Shown here in pieces: positions 11,441 to 24,009 of a stretch of DNA of 64,000 nt. Numbering within the stretch: position 1 is the stretch's first letter; each line of letters opens with the position of its first letter. Below the pieces are notes generated by a model that ran no database searches, was not told the origin of the DNA, and was given only the letters and a program-made list of their open reading frames with translations. The stretch comes from Rhina ancylostomus. Taxonomy: Eukaryota. The stretch is from assembly GCA_030265395.1 (NCBI GenBank), contig JARFYF010000057.1, positions 18,160,408 to 18,224,407 of the forward strand, read 5' to 3'. A program made the translations under genes and the position numbers.

Positions 11441-13289
11441 CCAATAAGCATACTGAGGCCAGAATGTGCATCATTGCTACATATTACCACACTGAGGCTA
11501 TAGAGAGCATCAATGCATCACATCAGTAGGTAAAAATACCAAGTGCCAGTGATGTATCAATAATACCAAAGTAAATAGATGTGCTGAGGCTTTGGGGTGC
11601 ATTCAGGAAAGATTACATTAAATATTAAGGCCCTAGTGTGCATCATAACAGTAAAAGTAAATCTTACAAGGCCGAACATTGTATTAAGGCAACGCATTAC
11701 TAAAATAATTAGATAAAGGTGCATCATGCAACACATTATTCAGTAAATTACCATGCCCAGGCTATAGGGTTTAACATGGCAGTACATTACTCTATAAGTA
11801 CACATACCAAGACTACTATAAGAATCATTGCAAAGCATTACCATGGTAAAACAATACACTGGGTCCATAAGGCATCACAATATAAAGCAAACTGCAATAA
11901 TGGGTGCATCATGCAAGTATTCTTCAAGTGGTTAATATAAGAGCTAACAGGATGCATCAAGACAATATAACAGTACAATCAATGAGTACAAACAGGCTAA
12001 ATGGTACCTCATAGCAATGAACTGCTAAATATCTAGGTACCAGGTTACAATAGGAAGTTAGCAGTGTCAATATATAGTATGCATCATATTACTACAATGT
12101 TAAACTTACCAAGATTAGAACGTGCATCAGGGTGATACATTGGTAAATTAAGTGAACCTATCAGAGATATAGGATCAACGCANNNNNNNNNNAAAATATA
12201 CCAAGAATAAGTGTTAGATCACTGCAACAAGTGAAAATAGTACTGAGTGTCAGGACGGATGACAACAACACGTTACTAAAAAAAAGGCACTAACACTGTA
12301 GGTGCAATAATGACAACTCAGAATCAAAGGAAGCAAACGGGTCAAGGACGTGCTGCACCATGGCAACACTTTATGAAAGAAAACTTATTAAATTGCATCA
12401 AGGTACAAGGTTATTGGAATGTATAAACATACAAAATTATAGGATGTAAAAATGGAACATCTTATAATTCAGTAAAATATCAGAGGTTACAATGTGATTC
12501 ATTGCAACATAATGCTAAAGTTATTAAACACGCTGAGCCTTATAGATTGCACTAAGAGAATAAATATAACTGCTGAAGGTACATCATAACTGCAGAGTAA
12601 AGAGAGGCAGGCTTGAGGGACTTGTGTTACATAAATGCTCTCACAGAAGGAGTCACCTGGTGCACTACTCCTCAGTCAGGTGTGTGTGAAAACTGATCCT
12701 GAAAGTCCTGCAAGGGGTCTTTCTCCCCTCCTTCTCCTCCCTCTTATAGCAGGTTTCCCATTTCCATGCCTCCTTCCTCATTTGTTCCATGATGTACCAA
12801 ATGTTCTCCTTCCAAGATGCAACTCACAGCACAACAATACATGTGTGCTTTGGACATGACATTGGACTCAAGCCCATCATCTGAACACAATGCCACTGAT
12901 TTTTGTGGACTGTTAGTCAATGGGGTGCATTGTGGCAACACACTACTTCAATAAGGAACACGGTACATCATGTCAACATAATAGTGTGAAGAAATATACT
13001 GAGGCTATAAAAGGCATTAGAACAATACATTATGATGAAGAACAAACTTTTACTGTGCTAAGCAAAGCAAGCATACTGGGGTGCATTTGGTGGTAGTTCT
13101 ACAATAGAGTATTTCGTTGCTGGGAAGCACTGAAGTCAGTGGAAACAGGCAAGATGCCACCAAGTCAAGCATTTAACTCTCCTGATCGAAGGACAATTTT
13201 TGAGGCGGATAAATCTAATTCTCTCCGATATTGATTTAATAAACTGATTAATTAATCTTTCTCTGCTCTCTGACAAATGCTGTTACATT

Positions 13290-13900
13290 GATTTTTCCAG
13301 AATACCCACTTCCAAGTTCTGCTTCTTTGCAAATTCTGAGTTTGTGCTCCTATCCTAATGTGAGTAATCAATGCTTATCATAAAACTGTGGTGAACCTTT
13401 GGATCTGCATCCTGGAACACTCCTGTATAGCTCAGTCCAGGACTGAAAACTGACATTCATTTTAACTGTGTTCTGTTCTTTGGCCTGTTTTGTATTGTTT
13501 TTATTCCCACTGCCCTTTTAAATCAACATTGCTGGGTACCTCAGTATATGGCCCTTTGAAAGGCTTTATGCACAGCTTCAGCTGCACTGTCCTCAGTGTT
13601 CCTCTCTGTTACATCAAAAAACTCAGTTGCTGGTCACACATGATCTGTCCCTAACAAATCTTTACCAGTTCTCATTTATCAGTCTCTGCTTGTCTGAGTT
13701 AAGGGTTAAGTTTTCTGACAGATATCTCTGCTTCTAAAAGCTTCACAGCACAGACCATAAACTAGCTGCCCAGTAATTGTCTGATTTATCCTTCTGCTCT
13801 CTACTGAAGAAAGTTGGAATGTTCTTGTCCTTTTCTGTTAAGGAAGATGTGAGGTTTACCATCAGCACTTCCACCCTTACTTCCCTCAATAGCCAAGGAG
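13290..13900 (-). mobile_element. Old CR1 RT fragment
   Basis: Decayed tcaaaaaactcagttgctggtcacacatgatctgtccctaacaaatc...cagaccataaactagctgcccagtaa, similar to 45300-45600. Confidence 0.55.
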
Positions 13901-14189
13901 GAACTTCCATGGACATCAGGTCATGCCCATTTTAAACAACTGAAGCATTTGTTGTCCATCCTCTCCTTGGGAATCACCAGTGTAAAATCTTTATTTCATG
14001 TTTCAGGCTTGCCATCCAGCTCCACCAGCCGATTGCCACTGTGGTCTGTAATCAGCCCACCATTGCTCTGACACTTTGCTCAATGTTAGCATGTCTGGAG
14101 ATGACCACTACAGTTCCTCTTCTGTTAGTCATCAATCTTGTTGCAAACTCTCTCTTTACCTCTCTCCCTTCTTTGCAACATAACACATG

Positions 14190-14560
14190 TTTTTAAGAAA
14201 ATGTCTCCCACACCATCATCAACCTCATCACTCCCAGAGTTCTCCCCTCCACAGCCTCCAACCTCACTATTCCCCAACCTTGCACTCTCCTTTTCTACCT
14301 CCTTAAAAAAAACCTCGATTTTGTCTGCACGTTTGAATTCTAACTTTTCTCAGTTCTGATGAAAGGTCATTGACCCAAAACATTAATCAACAGAGCAGCC
14401 AGTGGCTAATTTTGCTACTGTTTTAAGTTTCAGTGTAAATAGCTCCCCTAACAATAATTAACAAGTAAATTACTCCACAGCCACTACCTGATTTGCTGAG
14501 TATCTCCATCATTTTCTGTTTTATTTCAGATTTCCAGCATCTGCAGAATTTTAGCCTTCA
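14190..14560 (+). mobile_element. Penelope-like terminal repeat with a hammerhead-like core, interrupted by a ~90-bp templated insert
   Basis: cagttCTGATGAaaggtcattgacccAAAAcatt (core from 14356), then the insert, then tccacag...gctgagtatctccatcattttctgttttatttcagatttccagcatctgcag. Confidence 0.75.
14376..14474 (+). repeat. Dispersed ~99-bp duplication, copy 2
   Basis: Matches 2121-2219 with about 10 differences. Confidence 0.9.
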
Positions 14561-15607
14561 CTAAGTATCCTTGGTTGCCTTGGGGCTTGGTTTCATGTCT
14601 ATACCAGCTGCAGGCCTGAAGTGCGGGGCGTGATGGTACAAGAATGTCTGTGACCTCAGGCATTGCTGACCGTGGGCTGCCAGGAATAAAACAACCTTAT
14701 GCTGCTATTGGCTTGGAAGAGTCACTGGCCGACCTACCCAGAGATCACCTGACATCAGCAGAAAGCCAGCCATGAGCTGTTGAGCCATTCAGCTGTGGAA
14801 CTGAAACTCAAGCCACCCAATTCCTACCCATCCCACCCCAGCCCCACACATATCATTCCTTCTGCAACACATTCCTAATCACTAGGTTTCTGTGACATAC
14901 TATCCAATAATAACAGATATGTCCAGAATGAAGATAATAATTTTGACGCTATTACTCTGCAATATATCATACTTCGACAATGTTAAAATTATGCACCAAC
15001 AAAGCAGGAAAGTTTTGCTATGAATATGTCCTCATTGCACAGTGAGAGGGCATACATTGACATCTGATGCCAACACCACCAATAGCTGTACAAATGTATA
15101 TATATTGTGCCAACAGCTGCCTACGGAGGCAGGAAGTGACTGAGCTATGCAAGGCTGCTTCTTCAGTACTCAGACACTGCAAGAATGCAGCACTGGTAGA
15201 GGCACATCCTTCAAATGAGAAGTTAAACAGAAGGCTGCAGTGTCAGTCTTGGTTAGTAACCAGGGGCATAGAGTTTATAGAAGGATAAGGTGGGAGCTAA
15301 AGAAGAAAGCTTCTTTGCTCAGTTGGTGGGACTAATGGGGTTTAGTTTGGAACTCACTGCCAGGAAATCTGAGAATGGCAGAAACTCTCATCACATTTAG
15401 AAAAGTACTTGAGTGAGTACAATCTGCCATTAAGGCTATGGACTAAGAATTGGGAAATATGATTTAGCAGGATAGCACTATAGTGACTGGCATGGACTTG
15501 ATGGGCTGAATTACCTCCTTCTGTATTGTAACTTCTATGATGCCATGACTATGGGTTCAAGTATGTGTTGGTGGGATTAGAAACATGCAACAAGTTATTG
15601 ACCAACA

Positions 15608-15872
15608 ATTTAAATTAAATTTAAATTAAATTTTAAATTTTATTTACAGCGTGGTAACAGGCCCTTCTGGCCCAACGAGTCCACGCCACCCATTTTAAAC
15701 CTGAAATTAACCTACCCATACATCTTTGGAATATGGGAGGAAACTGGATCACCTGGAGGAAACCCACACAGACACCGGAGAACCTACAAACTCCTTACAG
15801 GCAGTGGTGGGAATCGAACCCGGGTCGCTGGTGCTGTAATAACGTCGTGCTAACCACTACGCTACCATGCCA
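15608..15872 (-). mobile_element. Full-length short tRNA-derived SINE with a (TTTAAA)n tail
   Basis: The reverse complement begins ggcatggtagcgtagtggttagcacg (A box)...ccgggttcgattccc (B box). Confidence 0.9.
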
Positions 15873-16384
15873 CCCCAATCCCTATAGTAAAAGCAACCTT
15901 CCAATGTTCACTCTTATCACTGTCTCTGCTTGCAAATGGGTGGAGAACTGAGACTAATGTAGAGTTTGAGGAACTCGACCAATGGAACTGAATATCCAAA
16001 GCTGAATCCATTAAAACAATACATGACTTAATGAAGACATTAAATGTATTAATAATCCAGTATTGGAGTGCTCTATTATACCCAAAAGAAAATGCATTGA
16101 AGTTCCATGTATACCAATGTAATTATAAAGTGATAATTTAATAATTACATTTGTTGTTAGTAATCCCTTCACACAATTAACAATGTATTAGATAAACTGT
16201 AATGAATAGTTGTTGAAATGGAAATAGATGCAGCTGGGTTGAGTATGTAATAGAGCTCCACAGACCCAATTAGCTGCCAATGGGTTAGATGGCTGGGTTC
16301 TTTATCCTTCTCCCATTCCAGATATTCAGGTCAACATCCTGGGATCTGCCTGGATGTTAAACTCCATTAACTTTGTATCCACTC

Positions 16385-16780
16385 ATTTGCATTTATTAAG
16401 CACCATTCAGGTTCCTTTTAGGAGATCCCAAAGCACGTTATGGCTAATGAAGCACTTCTTGAAATGCAATCATAGTCATGTAGCCAATATACACACAACA
16501 AGCTCCCACAAGCACCAAAATGACCAAACGTGATGTAGATTCAAAGTGGCCAAGATAGTTGGCTGGATTACCCTGCTGATCTGCAAAATCATGACAGGTG
16601 TACTTTTGTAAACATCTTTGCCAACAACATTTCATCCAAAAGATGGCACTTCTGACCCTGTGGCACCCCCTCAGTGTTGCACTGGAGCACCAACCTCGAT
16701 TTTGTGCTCTGGAGTGGGACCTCAGCCCACAGTTCTCTCACTCAGAGGCAAGGCTGCTAACATTGCACCACAGCTGACAC
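16385..16780 (-). mobile_element. Deu-SINE-like copy
   Basis: tcatccaaaagatggcacttctgac...ccctcagtgttgcactggag...ctctggagtgggac is the reverse complement of the 395-742 body. Confidence 0.6.
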
Positions 16781-18564
16781 AAAGTGCGATGAGTTAAAGG
16801 TGATGCCCGTTCATCAGAACTCGCAGAAGACAGGGATTGAACAATTTATCTTCAAGTGCAGATCCAGGGAAAAGGCAGAGCTTCTGAGCAGCATCAAGTC
16901 TGGCAAGGAGTTCATGGGCCCACTCCCCTGTTTCTATTATCATTAAATTTATGAGAAAATTTGTGTTACTTTCTGTTTGTCATGAATATACTGGGAAAAA
17001 AAAGATGCAGAAACAAAGAGTGTTTGACTGAAGCATCACTCACTTGGATGGTCTATTTGCTTTCCAAGTGGCTGTAGGAAAACATTGAATCATGACACTG
17101 AGAAGTCAGCCAACCAATGGCAGGGGGTTGGCAAGGCTAAGAAGTCATCTGACCAAACCTCTGGTGATGCTTCCAATTTGAGTTGTCAATTTTTTGTTGT
17201 ATGTAGAAGCTGATTTGGGATCAAATTGGAAAGAAATGGGAATATAAGACCATCAAACCCAAAGATTTATCTAATAGGGCACTTTCACTGCTCTCTGGAA
17301 GCTCTATTATCCTGAATGAAATTCTTTCCCCTTGCTTTTGGAAGAAAGGTTAAAAGGTTGGGAAGACAACTGAACTGGAGAATATTCCACTAGCCTCTAG
17401 CCCAATGAGTAGGAGGATCAAATATGGAGTTGTTGGGAACATAAGGAGAATAGTTGCAGGAAAAATTATTGGGAAAATGGGATATCACTGTGAGCTGACA
17501 TAAACTCAGTGGGCAAATGGCTTCCTCATATATCATAAGGAAATATGGAATGCTGCACTGACAACTGCAAATGGGACTGAACTCTGCAACTATCCAGATG
17601 ATATGATTTCAACCCTTAATTTCCACCCAGGTAGACAATATTGTCTGCTAATTAATGTTTGCTCATAAAGTATACATCCATTATATTTGTCTGGATGTTT
17701 AGTAAGTGTGAATCTGGTTTAAGTTGATCTTATATACTATGTATATCCCACCTCTTTGATAAACCTATTGGTTAATAGCCCAAAAAACTCCTTTTGTGGT
17801 TCAGTGACAATTTTTTTCTGATCCCACTCTTAATCTTAATTTTCTTAAACTTTCCAATATATGAATACTCACTAGATACTCAAGAATGCTAATGACTGGC
17901 AATGCTTTATGGCATAAGGGTGCTAGATAAATGTAAGTTATTGTTATTATTGAGGGAGTGCTTGTGTCTATGTATATGTAATCTACATATGGCAACAGTG
18001 ATTGATGAATAGTATCGATCGCATAAATATTTAGTCATTTGATCTGCATCTTAACACTGTCTGATTACATTGATGAATTTTTAATTTGGATTTCACATGG
18101 AGAATTTATATAGTTGAACTCTGGTTGATAAACAAGCTCAAAGAGGGTTGGTAGCGAACTCAGTGGGAATGCTTCCTTCAGGAGCGAAGGTCACCAATCA
18201 TTGGCCACAGCTGAGAATGAGCTGACCTCATTTGTGGTGGATCACTTTACAATCAGGGCTGTGAGACAATCATCCTCATGAAAAGAGCCATTAGGAGGAG
18301 CAAACTGCTCCAATCCTTCCTTCATGTTCTAGTCATCCTCCTAAACATTGCTCTATAAATCTAAGTTTTTTGTAGGTTGTTTGGATTGAATCCAGGTCCT
18401 GGACCCCATAGTTAAGCTCAATTGTCTTGAAAGGCTATAATTAATACACAGAATGTTGCTAACCAGGCCTTTCTGCCCTTGACTGAGAGGCTTTCTAGTT
18501 AAGAGGGTAGTTTAGATTCCACATCTGAAGTGATGTAAACGACAGACCAAGTTGCCATAACAAC

Positions 18565-18990
18565 AGGAAATACAGAGGGAGGAAAAAGTCATTTGGTCCT
18601 TGGTTCTTCTCTTCACTTTCAGTCCCACTTTCCTGCGCTAACCCCATATCCCTCGATTTCCTTAATATCTAAAAATCTATTGATTTCTGTCTTGAATTTA
18701 CTCAGCACTCGAGCCTCCAAAACCCACCTAAGAAAGGAATTCCAAAAATTCACTACATTTGGATGAAGAAGTTCCTTCTCATTGAATGGATAACCTTTTA
18801 TTCTGAGACCATGGCTCCTGATTCTAGACACCTCAGCATAGGGGAAACATCTATTCTGCAAATACCCTGTCTGGATCTGTAAGAATTTTAACATTTCAAT
18901 AAGATTTCTTATTTTCCTCAAGTACAGATCCAGTCTGATTAATGTCTTCTCTTATGACAAATCCACCATCCCATGACCAATCCGGTTAAT
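18565..18990 (-). mobile_element. CR1 LINE 3' fragment
   Basis: ORF 18619-18921 (-) NLIEMLK...SRIRSHGLRIKG...VVNFWNS...FKTEINRFL. Confidence 0.85.
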
Positions 18991-19889
18991 GGTTCACTCC
19001 TTGAACTGCAATGGCAGATATTCTTCTCTGGAGTGCATCGGTGAGTCAGCTTGGGTTTTATGACAGTACTAAAACTACTTTATATTCCAATTTTTTGCAC
19101 TGAACTCTCATTTCCCATTTGCCTTGTTGGAATATGACTTTGCTTCTGCAACTCACTAGACCTGCCTCTTGATTTTCAGACTGCTAAACAAAAGTCCTAT
19201 GCTACCATTTTCCAGGCAGTCCTTGTACCACACTCAGAGATCTCACTTCAATTCAGCTGGAAGGTCACCCTGACGATGGAATAAAAGTAGAAAAAGCTGA
19301 AATCTCAGCAGGCCAGGGAGCATCTGTGTAGAAAGAGAGTGTACATCTGAGAGTTAACTCTTCAGCTCATCAATCTTTCCTCAGGAGATGGTGTGGAAGG
19401 CAGACTAGTTTTGCTGTGAAACCAGGGATTCCTTTATTGTAACTACGCTTCTCAATTTTGTCAGATAGCTTTGATGAAATCCAAGCAAATCCTGATTCCT
19501 CATGCTTGCGCCATCTAAGAGCAGGTGGGGCCTCAATTTGTCATCTCATTCAAAAGACAGCACTGCTGACAGAGAAACATTCCCTCTCTGTTGCTCTGGA
19601 GTCCCAGCTTAAAATCTTTATGCTCAGGTCTACAGAGGGAACTTGAACCCATGGCTTTCTGACTCAGAAGCAAGTGTTCTACCTACTAAGTATAAGAGAT
19701 TGATGCTGTGAGGTTGACATGGGGGTGACACAGAATTAAAGTGACAAGTTTGATGACTTTGTTATTTAAAAATCTATAGATCCCATCCTTAAATATGCTC
19801 AGCTGAGCATTTTCAGTCACTGGGATAGAGAATCCAAAAACTCACTGCTCTCTGAGTGAAGAAGTTTCTTTTCCTTGCGATCTTAGGTT

Positions 19890-21290
19890 CTGAGATAAAA
19901 TCAGAAAATGCTGGATACACTCAGCAGGTCAGGCAGCATCTGTTGGAAGAGAAACCAGGTTTCAGGTCACGGACCTTTCATCAGAACTCGGAAAGAGAGA
20001 AAATGTATTAGTTTTCATTAACAAAGAAGGTGGGGGAGGGATCGGGAGAACAAAGTGAATATCTCAATTAGGTTGAGACCAAATGAGTAAATGTAACAGT
20101 AGGAATCAGAATGCAGTTTATTATTAATCACATGTAAATTCAAACACACAGGGAAATGCATCTTTTGCGTAGAGTGTTCTGGGGGCAGCCTGCAAGTGTT
20201 GCCACGCTTCCAGCGCCAGCATAGCATACCCATAACTTCCTAACCCATACATCTTTGGAATGTGGGAGGGAACCGGAGCACCTGGAGGCAACCCATGCAG
20301 ACACGGGGAGAATGTACAAACTCCTTACAGACAGTGACTGGAATTGAACCTGGGTCGCTGGCTCTGTAATAGCGTTACGCTAACCGCTACATATGAGACG
20401 CAGTCAAGTATCCATCCACTTGGTAAAGGGGAGCCCTCAGTCCAGAAAGTAGGAATACCTCTGTGTGAAATGTCTCCTCATTGGAGCAAATGCATTAGAG
20501 ATGGAGAAACTGAGAGAATGAAACCGAGTCCTTACAGAAGGCAGGGTGGGAGGAAATATTACCAAAATAGCTGTGGGCTTGTATTAGAAGTTTGTGGCTG
20601 TACTATTCCCTGAGATGAAGATGGAGAGATCCAGAAAGATTGACCATTTGCTGTGAGCAGGGTGGAAAATGGCTACAAAACTGATAAAATTTTTGAGTTC
20701 CATATGAGTACAGAAGCAGCACCCATGTATTGTTGATGTATCAGATAAAGAGAAGAGGGAGAGGGCCCGAGCAAGACTGAAACAACAGTTATTCCACATA
20801 TCCCACAAAAAGACTGTAGCTTAGGTCCACACGAGTACCCACAGCCATACCTTTGATCTGGAGAAGTGCATGAAGTTGAAGGAGAGGTTGTTCAACGTGA
20901 AGACAGTTCAGTCAGGTTGATGCAGGAGAACTGGTTGGGCCTCTGTACAAGGAAGGGCTCTCAGACCCTCCTGATGTTAAATGGTGTAGAGAACTTGTAC
21001 ATCCATAGTGAAGATGAAGCAGCTGGAAGCAAGGGAACTGGAAACTGAAGTTGGGGAGGCATCCAAAGTGTCACAGATGTAAGTGGAGAGAGATTGGACT
21101 GGGGAGAAAGGATGGGGTCAAGTTAGGAAGTACCTCGTACAGTGGGGCAAGAGCAGGACTGAAACAATTCTGAGGCCATGGCTCCTGTGTCTAAATTCCA
21201 GGCTGAAGAAACGTCTCCATCCCGTCAGTCCCTCTCAGAATCCTATATGTCTCAATGGGATCACATCTCCCATTCATCTACATTCCACTG
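19890..21290 (-). mobile_element. Penelope-like element (RT remnants plus terminal repeat with hammerhead core), with a SINE inserted at ~20105-20390
   Basis: Minus-strand peptides LIFTMDVQVLYT..HQEGLRAL, VFTLNNLS, LQIKGMAVGT, NFISFVAIFHPA and FLDLSI match Penelope-like RT. Core CTGATGA-AAGGTC-CGT-GACCT-GAAA at 19984-19960. Confidence 0.8.
20105..20392 (-). mobile_element. tRNA-derived SINE (same family as 7478-7755)
   Basis: Head gtagcggttagcgtaacgctattacagagccagcgacccaggttcaattc on the - strand. Confidence 0.88.
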
Positions 21291-21874
21291 TGCATCACAG
21301 ACTAAGGGAAAATCTTATGCATTTTGTGTGAAATGGGTGCGTTAAAAAATTATAATCAATCAGCCTCATGCACAACACTAGTATAGATGTTTTTCAAAGT
21401 CTTTTTATTTTGACATTTATTTTCATTACATAATTTTCACAGCTTCAGGCCATGAATTACCATCCTGGTCAGGCAGTTCCTTATAAAGGCACCATTGTAA
21501 CTTTGTCCATAGTGTGAGTGTGGCAGGTGCAGGCTGCTCGCAAGGTCTCCACTTCACCCAGGGTTAAATTAGACTGTCGGAGTTGGAAACTGTTAGTTTA
21601 GATACCATACCCTATTTTCTCTACTGAGGTGGTACTTGAAGAAGAATTCTAAACAATGGCACAAAGTGCTCTGTGGTTAAGTCACTGGTTTATCAATCTA
21701 CTCATTCTCATGGTTCAGAAGCATGAGTTCAAATCCCAACAGGGGAATTTCAGTAGAATAAATCTGCATTAAAAAGATGGTGTTAGTTAAAGTGTTGCCT
21801 GCTAACTGCCTTCCGAAATAGTCCAACTAGCCTCTCAGTTTAGTGGCAATTAAATTCTTGCCTTGCCAGTGACT

Positions 21875-23145
21875 AGGTTTCATAATATATAATTAATGAC
21901 TTTGAAATGGTGTGTATGATAATATTTCAAGATTTACAGATGGCACCAAGCTTGGAGATGTGGTAACCAGTGGAGAAGATAGTTACAGACTGCAAGTGGA
22001 CATGGCTGAGCAGGCAAGCGAGATGAAATTGAATACAGAGAAGTGTAAAGTGTGCACATTTTGGCAGAAAGAACAAGGACAAACAATATCAATGGTACAG
22101 TTCTAAAGGGTGTGAAGGATCAGAGAGACCTGGGTGCATATGTGTATAAAACCTTGGAATCAGCAATGGAAGTGGTAACTGAAGGACTATGGTGATGCCA
22201 GGCAAGCAGGTTTTTTGGACTATTGGATATTACTCCTATTAATACCCCACCACTCATTTATTTCACTTTTCCTACATGCTATACAATAGTATAGTAATTT
22301 TTCAGTGATTCTGCGCAGGGAACACAACCTGGTGAGTTTCAACTTGTGCATTCCAGCTTGCAAAACAAGCTGAAATATTACCCTGGCTCCAGACACAAAC
22401 TTATGCATCTTCCTGACCCTGGGGTTCCTGACCTCAGCTCCAGCCACATAACCTGCTCGCACTCCAGACTAATGAGTCTGTATGCGGAACCTTTGGGATT
22501 TCTGAACAGTCAGATAGCGGATTATCCAAGTTTTAATCTGCATGGGATAATAGGATTCATATACTGTCACAGTGTATAAAGCGAGGATGTTACAGTGAAC
22601 AGTTATATAACACTAATTAGGCGACCAGTATTGCGTCTAATTCTGGTCACCATGTTTTGGGAAGGGTGTGAAAATCCTTGAGAAGATGTGGAAAAGACTT
22701 ACTGGAATGCTTCCAGAGATGAAGAAATTCAGCTGCAGCGTTATACTGGAGAAGCTGGAGCTGTTCTTCTCAAGGCCAAGAAAGTTGAGAGAAGATTTGA
22801 TAAAGTTGGACACCACTATAGTCAGAATAGATAGGGTAGATAGAAGGAAGCCTTTCTCATTATTTGAGGATCAGGGGACACAGATTTAAACCTTTGGGCA
22901 AAAGATACAAGGAAATTATGAAGAAAGACTTTCTTACACAGGGAGTTATCTAGAACTTGCTGCCTGTGGAGGAAGCAGTGTCAATTTGGTCCTTTCTAGA
23001 GATTAATGGATAGGCAGGTGAGAGGAAAATAACTTTTAGGTCTATGGGGAAAGACCAGGCAAATGCACTTGTCTGGATTGCTTTACCAGGAGCTGGCATG
23101 GAATGAATGGGCTGAATGGCCTCTTTCTTTCCTGTTTCTATGATT
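21875..23145 (+). mobile_element. Decayed CR1 ORF2 RT to 3' UTR, with an unrelated insert at ~22160-22530
   Basis: ISRFTDGTKLGDVV (FADDTKLG motif), NTEKCKV, LEKMWKRLTGMLP...LEKLELF...REDLIK. Confidence 0.85.
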
Positions 23146-23147
23146 CT

Positions 23148-23500
23148 AGGCAGCACAGTGGTGCAGCTACTACCTCATGGCGCCATAGACCTGGGTGCAC
23201 TCCTGANNNNCCTGACCTCTGGTGCCAACTGTGTGGAGATTACATGTTCTCTCTGTGACTGCTTGGGATTCCTCTGGTTGCCTCCCACGTCCCAAAGACA
23301 CGTGGATTGATGGGTTCATTGGCCTAGGGTGTAGGTGAATGATAGGATCTTGGGGGAGGTGGGGGGCTTGATGGGGATGTGGCGAGAACAAGGAAAAATG
23401 GGATTAATGTAGGATTAGTGTAAATGGTGGTGAATGGTTGGTGTGAATCAATGGGCCAAGGGGCCCGTTTCTGTGTTGTATCTCTCTATGGCCCTATGTC
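23148..23500 (+). mobile_element. HE1-like SINE with a CR1-derived tail
   Basis: ggcagcacagtggtgcagct...tgtgtggagattacatgttctc...cctcccacgtcccaaagac...atgggccaaggggcccgtttctgtgttgtatctctctatg. Confidence 0.8.
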
Positions 23501-24009
23501 TCTACATAATATATTACCAATCTGTTTTCATCCACCCTCTAAATGTAGGATTGTCTGTTCCAATGAGGTCTGCTCCTAGCACGCTCATGCAGGGAATTAA
23601 TGATTTATTCTTGCCGGCTCAGGGTTTGTTAAACACCGGCCAGTCTTTGTGTCCCTTGGGGTCTACAGGTACCATGCAAGTTAAAGCCTTTAGCGCAGCT
23701 TCTGTGGAACTCCGTTTCTTCGACTGTGACAAGCGACGTGCTCAATTAGGAAAACAAAACAGAAGAAAATGAAAGTATTAGGCCCCAAAATTCAAGAACC
23801 AGTCCAAATCTGAAAGGAAAATATTAATATTTCATCTCGGACCGTAATTTTTCCAGGAAATCTGTGAACCAAATTAAAGCAGCTCAGAATCTTCAGCCTT
23901 GTCCAAAAAGCATTCATCTTAGAAATCATCCCATATCTCTGTTTAAAGTCAGTAGTTTGACTTGGTTAATATTTTTGTTAAATTATGTGTCGACAAGGAG
24001 ATTGATTTT

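Larger units (their letters stand above)
8550..13080 (+). repeat. Ancient degenerate tandem array, unit ~50 bp, interrupted by insertions
   Basis: Recurrent actgaggctatagg-like motif (8592, 8647, 8694, 9039, 9447, 9820, 10939, 10991, 11452, 11491, 12998), then gtgcatcat (11466, 11638, 11719, 11904) and ggcaacacattactaaagt-like blocks. Confidence 0.75.

Noticed and set aside
8550-13080. CRISPR-like interpretation of the periodic region
   Set aside because: No invariant repeat alternating with unique spacers, the whole unit is degenerate, the context is vertebrate, and there are no cas-like ORFs.
15800-15872. tRNA gene-like A and B boxes (also at ~20340-20390, ~39640 and ~440)
   Set aside because: They continue into SINE bodies and do not form a full cloverleaf; they are SINE heads.
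23670-23700. MQVKAFSA as the missing IQVKPADS exon
   Set aside because: Only QVK matches; RP and ADSESRG are absent and there is no donor at the expected distance.
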